Assembly: GCA_048939245.1 (NCBI GenBank)
Contig: JBHLPR010000015.1
Location: forward strand, 1-42,277
DNA length: 42,277 nucleotides
Reading direction: 5' to 3'
Source of the DNA: Promethearchaeota archaeon
GTDB lineage: Archaea > Asgardarchaeota > Hermodarchaeia > Hermodarchaeales > Hermodarchaeaceae
The notes beneath the pieces are model-generated. The model was not told the origin of the DNA, ran no database searches, and worked only from the letters and a program-made list of their open reading frames with translations. Positions 37,890-42,277 of the stretch are shown one piece after another (the stretch's first letter is position 1; each line of letters starts with the position of its first letter). Position numbers and translations under genes: made by a program.

Positions 37890-40800
37890 ATGGATTATCA
37901 TGAATCCTATGTAAACGCGATTCGTGAAGAGATTCGACATATAGCAAAAGTTGCAGAGGCAGCTCGAAGTAAAGGACTAGATCCAACTAAGGACGTAGAA
38001 ATAAAACCCGCCGATGATGTTGCTGGACGGGTAGAAGGACTCGTAGGACCTCCCGGTGTGGCTGATAGAATTCGCCAATTAAGTGAAACAAAACCCGCTC
38101 ATAGTGTTGCCTTCGAGGTTGCTCAGGAAATTATTCAAAGCACGCAAGCAATGGGAGGGAATCTGGAAGAAGCCGCAGAACAAGCGATTCGAACGGCTTT
38201 AGCCATTCTCACCGAAGGAATTACTGCTGGACCTATAGAAGGGATAGCAACTGCAAAGATAAAAACTAACACTGATGGAAGCAGATATCTTGCAGTATAT
38301 TTCGCAGGTCCAATTCGCGCTGCAGGAGGAACTGAAGCAGCTCAAACTGTTATCGTTGCTGATGCTGTTCGGCAACAAATAGACTTAGACCGCTACAAAC
38401 CCTCAAATGAGAATGTTGAACGATATGTAGAAGAAGTTGATTTGTACAACCGTATATCCCATCTCCAATACCCCTCGCGACCTGAAGAAGTTCGCCTAGC
38501 AGCACGTAACATTCCCGTTGAGGTTACTGGAGAACCCACCGCTGAAGTGGAAGTCACAGGATATCGTGATCTTCCAGGGGTCGAAACTAATCGGCTTCGA
38601 GGCGGTGCAATTCTGGTTCTAAATGATAGTATTCTTGGTAAAGCTCATAAATTAGCAAACCAAGTAGCTCAACTCTCTTTATCCGGCTGGGATTGGTTAG
38701 AAAACTTGGCACCTCAAGAATCAGATGAAGACCAAATCGAACAACGGATTCAACCAAAGGAAAAGTATCTGGAAGATATTATAGCTGGTCGCCCTGTATT
38801 GGCTTATCCTTCTCGGAAGGGAGGGTTCCGGGTTCGATATGGTCGATCACGGAATACGGGTTTAGCCGCCCTTGGGGTTAATCCCGCAACAATGCTGCTT
38901 CTTGACAATTTCATTGCCTGTGGAACCCAATTAATAATCGAACGTCCTGGGAAGGGATGTATCGCAATGCCCGTGGATACCATTCACGGTCCGATAGTAA
39001 AACTCTACGATGGAAGTATTCACCGTGTAGATACTGTTGAAGAAGCTAAGAATCTCTGCGATTCAGTATCCAAAATTCTCTTTTTAGGCGATTTGTTAAT
39101 TGGATTTGGTGAATTTCGTGAAAATAATCATCTTTTAGTTCCATCAGGATTTTGTCCGGAATGGTGGGCTCAAGAAGTAATGCGTAAGTTTCTCGACGCA
39201 CCTTTACAAGGTCACCAAAAACTCTTCAAACAGATTGACAAACCAATCTTTAACAGATTAATAGCGCAACCACTCAATACTCAACCCGACTCTTGGCAAG
39301 CATTAACCATCTCAGAAATTCTCCATGCTCCACTCCATCCGCGCTACCTCTATTTTTGGGAAGATCTATCAATCCAACAATTACAAACGTTCAGTAACTG
39401 GATTAAAGAACTCAAACCAGATTATGAAAACGACCGGTTGGTGTCTTTACATGGAACTGTGGATGAAGATATCGAAGCCATAATAGACATTCTTTGTATT
39501 CCATGTAAAATTCAAAAGAACAAAATTTGGTTTTATGAAGCCGCCCCAATCCTTTTTGCCATTTTTCTTGGACCGAATAAATGTAAATTCTCAACATTGA
39601 ACGAAAGCGAAGGAGATGCATTAGACTACTTACAAGAAAACTGGACGATTCCTCTGCACCCCAAGGGAACCTTCTATATCGGTGCACGCATCGGGCGCCC
39701 TGAAAAGGCGAAACGCCGTGAGATGTCACCACCCCCTCATGGCATTTACCCTATTGGAAATGTCGGAGGATCAATGAGAGATATCCGAAAAGCAGAGAAG
39801 ACTCAGAGTGTGAACATAGAAGCTAACTACCGCCTTTGTCCACGCTGTGGAGAAACCACATTTTTCCGAATTTGCCCCAACTGTCAAATTGAAACCGAAC
39901 AGACCTACTGGTGTCCAATCTGCGCTTGTTCAAGTAAAACACAAAAATGCGCAAAATGTGGAAATCCTGCTAACACATATGGACCAATTGAACTCCAAAT
40001 CAAAGATGAGCTTAAGCGGGTTCGAACTAAGTTCGGAGGCAAACTTCCCACTCGAATTAAAGGCGTTAAAGGCTTGATGAGTAAAAACAAAACTCCTGAA
40101 ATTCTCGAAAAAGCGGTACTCCGCGCAAATTATGATCTTTTTGTCTACAAAGATGGCACAATTCGATTCGATATGACTGATGCGCCTCTTACTCATTTCA
40201 AGCCAAGCGAGGTCAATGTAACACCAACTCAACTCACAAGCTTAGGCTATCACTTTGACATCAACGGTGACCCCCTCACTGATAATGACCAAATTCTCGA
40301 ACTCAAAATCCAAGACATCATCGTACCCTTTAATTGCGCGAAGTATCTCTTTCGCGTCTCCCAATTCGTTGACGACCTACTCACCCAGGTCTATAATCTT
40401 GACCCCTTCTATAGCCTAAAAACACCCGAAGACCTCATTGGACACCTCGTCATCGGACTCGCCCCCCACACATCCGCAGGTGTCATCGGCCGCATCATCG
40501 GCTTCACACCCCTCAGAGTCTGCTACGCACACCCCTTCTGGCACGCCGCAAAACGCCGAAACTGCCTTCATGAAGAGGAAGAGATCCTCATCTGGGACAC
40601 TAAAGATCAACAACTTCTCAAACTTCCCCTCGGCTCAATCGTTGAAGAACTGCTCGAAAATGGAACACCCAAACAAATCGTCGATGATTTCGGGACACTT
40701 GCCATCGACAACCCCTACACTCATTGGCGAACCATTAGTCTCGACCCTAATACTCACCAAGCCGTCTATCAACCCATTAAACACTGGATTAAAGGCACAA

Positions 40801-42277
40801 GCCACCACTGGCTCAAGATCACTACACTCTCCGGACGCACCATCACCATGACCCCAGATCACAATGCCATGATCTGGAACCCAACCACGAAGACCATCGA
40901 ACGCATCAAAGCCCACCAACTCACAAACGGTGATCACATTCCTATTCTCGCCTCCATAGAGATCCCTTCGAACAATCCACCACAATCAATCAACATCCTC
41001 CAAGAACTATCAGACCGCCTTCCAAATACTGAAACATTCCAAACCTTCAAACACCAAACCCGGTTACGCAACGCCGAACCATGGATGCGAAAAACTCTCC
41101 ACCGATTCGCCGTATCACTTTACAATCAACAATACAATACTCACCATAGCACTCTCACGCAATGGAAACAAACCCACACCCTCAAACAATACTTCAGAAC
41201 ACTCATTCCCAAGAAGCGTCGCACTCCCCTATTTTCACCCGCTTGGTATCAATCCATCCCCTTAACCCACCTTGAAGTTCTCGAACACGCAGGCGTCTTC
41301 CACTGGAACGACATCCCCCACACCGCACACCTCGGCATGACCCGCGACGATCACACCATTCCACCCTACATTCTATTTGACTCAAATCTCGTACGCCTCC
41401 TCGGCTACTACTTCGCCGAAGGCTACATCCGCGACGAACCCACCTGCTACCAAACCAACTTCAGCGTCCCCCACCCCGCCCTCCGCACCCACCTCCGACA
41501 CCTCATCCACACAGTATTCGGATCCGACCCCTACTACAAACAAGACAACCACCAACTCGTCCACACCGGCCACATCCACGCCTATCTCCTCGCTTATGCG
41601 TGGAAAATCGGGAAAAACGCACTAACAAAACGCATTCCTAATTTTGTATATAATTTGCCTAGGGAATTTCGACTTCACTTCCTATCAGCCTTGATCGATG
41701 GAGATGGTTCCATTATCCCTCGGTCATGCAGAACTACAATTTACACTGCAAACGAAAAGCTCGCTAAAGACTATTCATTTCTTCTATCGACATTGGGTGT
41801 TTTTGCACGAATCCATCAAGCAAAGGGTGGACGGTTTGGTCAAGCAGTTTTAGAAAGATATGAGGAATTAGGTCTCGAACCCAAAAAAACAGAAGGCTTG
41901 TACCACGTAGATATTCCTGGTAGAGAAAATATTCCCTTCTTGGAAGATCTGTCTTTGATTAACTCCGAAAAAGACGAAAGAAGAAGAAAGATACTCGATA
42001 AGGGCTTTCCTAAAATCCAATTCTTAACAAAAATCGGAGAACACGTTATTCTTGATCAAGTAAAAGAAATAATTCCATCTCAAAACGATGATTCTTCATA
42101 TTGTCTAGAAGTCGTAAAAGAAGAGCATCAAAGCAATCTCTATAACAATATATCAACTGCTAATTGTTTAGTTTTTCAGTGTGATGGCGATGAAGATTCG
42201 TTGTTGCTGACGTTGGATTCGATGATTAATTTTTCGCGGGAGTATTTGCCGACGTCTCGGGGTGGTTCGATGGATAC
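37890..42277 (+). CDS. polC: DNA polymerase D large subunit DP2 with intein, truncated at the window end
   Basis: ILTEG, YFAGPIRAAGGT, GRSRNTG, GRPEKA, KDGTIRFD, HAAKRRN|CDGDED; not in the ORF track because there is no stop in the window. Confidence 0.96.
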   Translation, partial: MDYHESYVNAIREEIRHIAKVAEAARSKGLDPTKDVEIKPADDVAGRVEGLVGPPGVADRIRQLSETKPAHSVAFEVAQEIIQSTQAMGGNLEEAAEQAIRTALAILTEGITAGPIEGIATAKIKTNTDGSRYLAVYFAGPIRAAGGTEAAQTVIVADAVRQQIDLDRYKPSNENVERYVEEVDLYNRISHLQYPSRPEEVRLAARNIPVEVTGEPTAEVEVTGYRDLPGVETNRLRGGAILVLNDSILGKAHKLANQVAQLSLSGWDWLENLAPQESDEDQIEQRIQPKEKYLEDIIAGRPVLAYPSRKGGFRVRYGRSRNTGLAALGVNPATMLLLDNFIACGTQLIIERPGKGCIAMPVDTIHGPIVKLYDGSIHRVDTVEEAKNLCDSVSKILFLGDLLIGFGEFRENNHLLVPSGFCPEWWAQEVMRKFLDAPLQGHQKLFKQIDKPIFNRLIAQPLNTQPDSWQALTISEILHAPLHPRYLYFWEDLSIQQLQTFSNWIKELKPDYENDRLVSLHGTVDEDIEAIIDILCIPCKIQKNKIWFYEAAPILFAIFLGPNKCKFSTLNESEGDALDYLQENWTIPLHPKGTFYIGARIGRPEKAKRREMSPPPHGIYPIGNVGGSMRDIRKAEKTQSVNIEANYRLCPRCGETTFFRICPNCQIETEQTYWCPICACSSKTQKCAKCGNPANTYGPIELQIKDELKRVRTKFGGKLPTRIKGVKGLMSKNKTPEILEKAVLRANYDLFVYKDGTIRFDMTDAPLTHFKPSEVNVTPTQLTSLGYHFDINGDPLTDNDQILELKIQDIIVPFNCAKYLFRVSQFVDDLLTQVYNLDPFYSLKTPEDLIGHLVIGLAPHTSAGVIGRIIGFTPLRVCYAHPFWHAAKRRNCLHEEEEILIWDTKDQQLLKLPLGSIVEELLENGTPKQIVDDFGTLAIDNPYTHWRTISLDPNTHQAVYQPIKHWIKGTSHHWLKITTLSGRTITMTPDHNAMIWNPTTKTIERIKAHQLTNGDHIPILASIEIPSNNPPQSINILQELSDRLPNTETFQTFKHQTRLRNAEPWMRKTLHRFAVSLYNQQYNTHHSTLTQWKQTHTLKQYFRTLIPKKRRTPLFSPAWYQSIPLTHLEVLEHAGVFHWNDIPHTAHLGMTRDDHTIPPYILFDSNLVRLLGYYFAEGYIRDEPTCYQTNFSVPHPALRTHLRHLIHTVFGSDPYYKQDNHQLVHTGHIHAYLLAYAWKIGKNALTKRIPNFVYNLPREFRLHFLSALIDGDGSIIPRSCRTTIYTANEKLAKDYSFLLSTLGVFARIHQAKGGRFGQAVLERYEELGLEPKKTEGLYHVDIPGRENIPFLEDLSLINSEKDERRRKILDKGFPKIQFLTKIGEHVILDQVKEIIPSQNDDSSYCLEVVKEEHQSNLYNNISTANCLVFQCDGDEDSLLLTLDSMINFSREYLPTSRGGSMD
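40563..42179 (+). mobile_element. LAGLIDADG homing-endonuclease intein in DP2 (539 aa)
   Basis: Starts CLHEEEEI after KRRN, ends ...CLVFQ before CDGDED; LLGYYFAEG and FLSALIDGDG motifs. Confidence 0.93.

Noticed and set aside
39412-41625. Short ORFs listed inside the DP2 region
   Set aside because: Shadow frames of the continuous polC/intein reading frame.

Overview
Archaeal chromosomal window. The gene set (PolD, Orc1/Cdc6, aRF1, Elf1, BHB-type tRNA introns) fits a TACK/Asgard-type archaeon, but the taxon cannot be proven from this window. It contains a likely replication origin (ORB with G-string) next to cdc6 and PolD DP1; housekeeping genes (valS, aRF1, pyrH, gcvT, folP, cofE, A/V-ATPase F/A/B, Lhr, RPA, Elf1, PolD DP2 with a LAGLIDADG intein); six tRNAs, including a tRNA-Pro(CGG) split by four introns; two box C/D sRNA candidates; and a TnpB-only IS200/IS605 element. 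The most striking region is 8.2-12.9 kb. Two paralogous ~577-aa wHTH regulators are flanked and separated by four unannotated 10-12-aa ORFs (MYPAPGDEPGPL, MWPPSRPEPF, MWPASRPELNQK, MYPQRDPFPS). These share an M-[YW]-P...[DE]-P pattern; three have Shine-Dalgarno sites, and their three transcription units share an identically spaced promoter motif. A structured ~140-nt ncRNA with 11-nt complementarity to two of the peptide leaders lies in the same region. Together this looks like an undescribed micropeptide/regulator (signalling-like) system.
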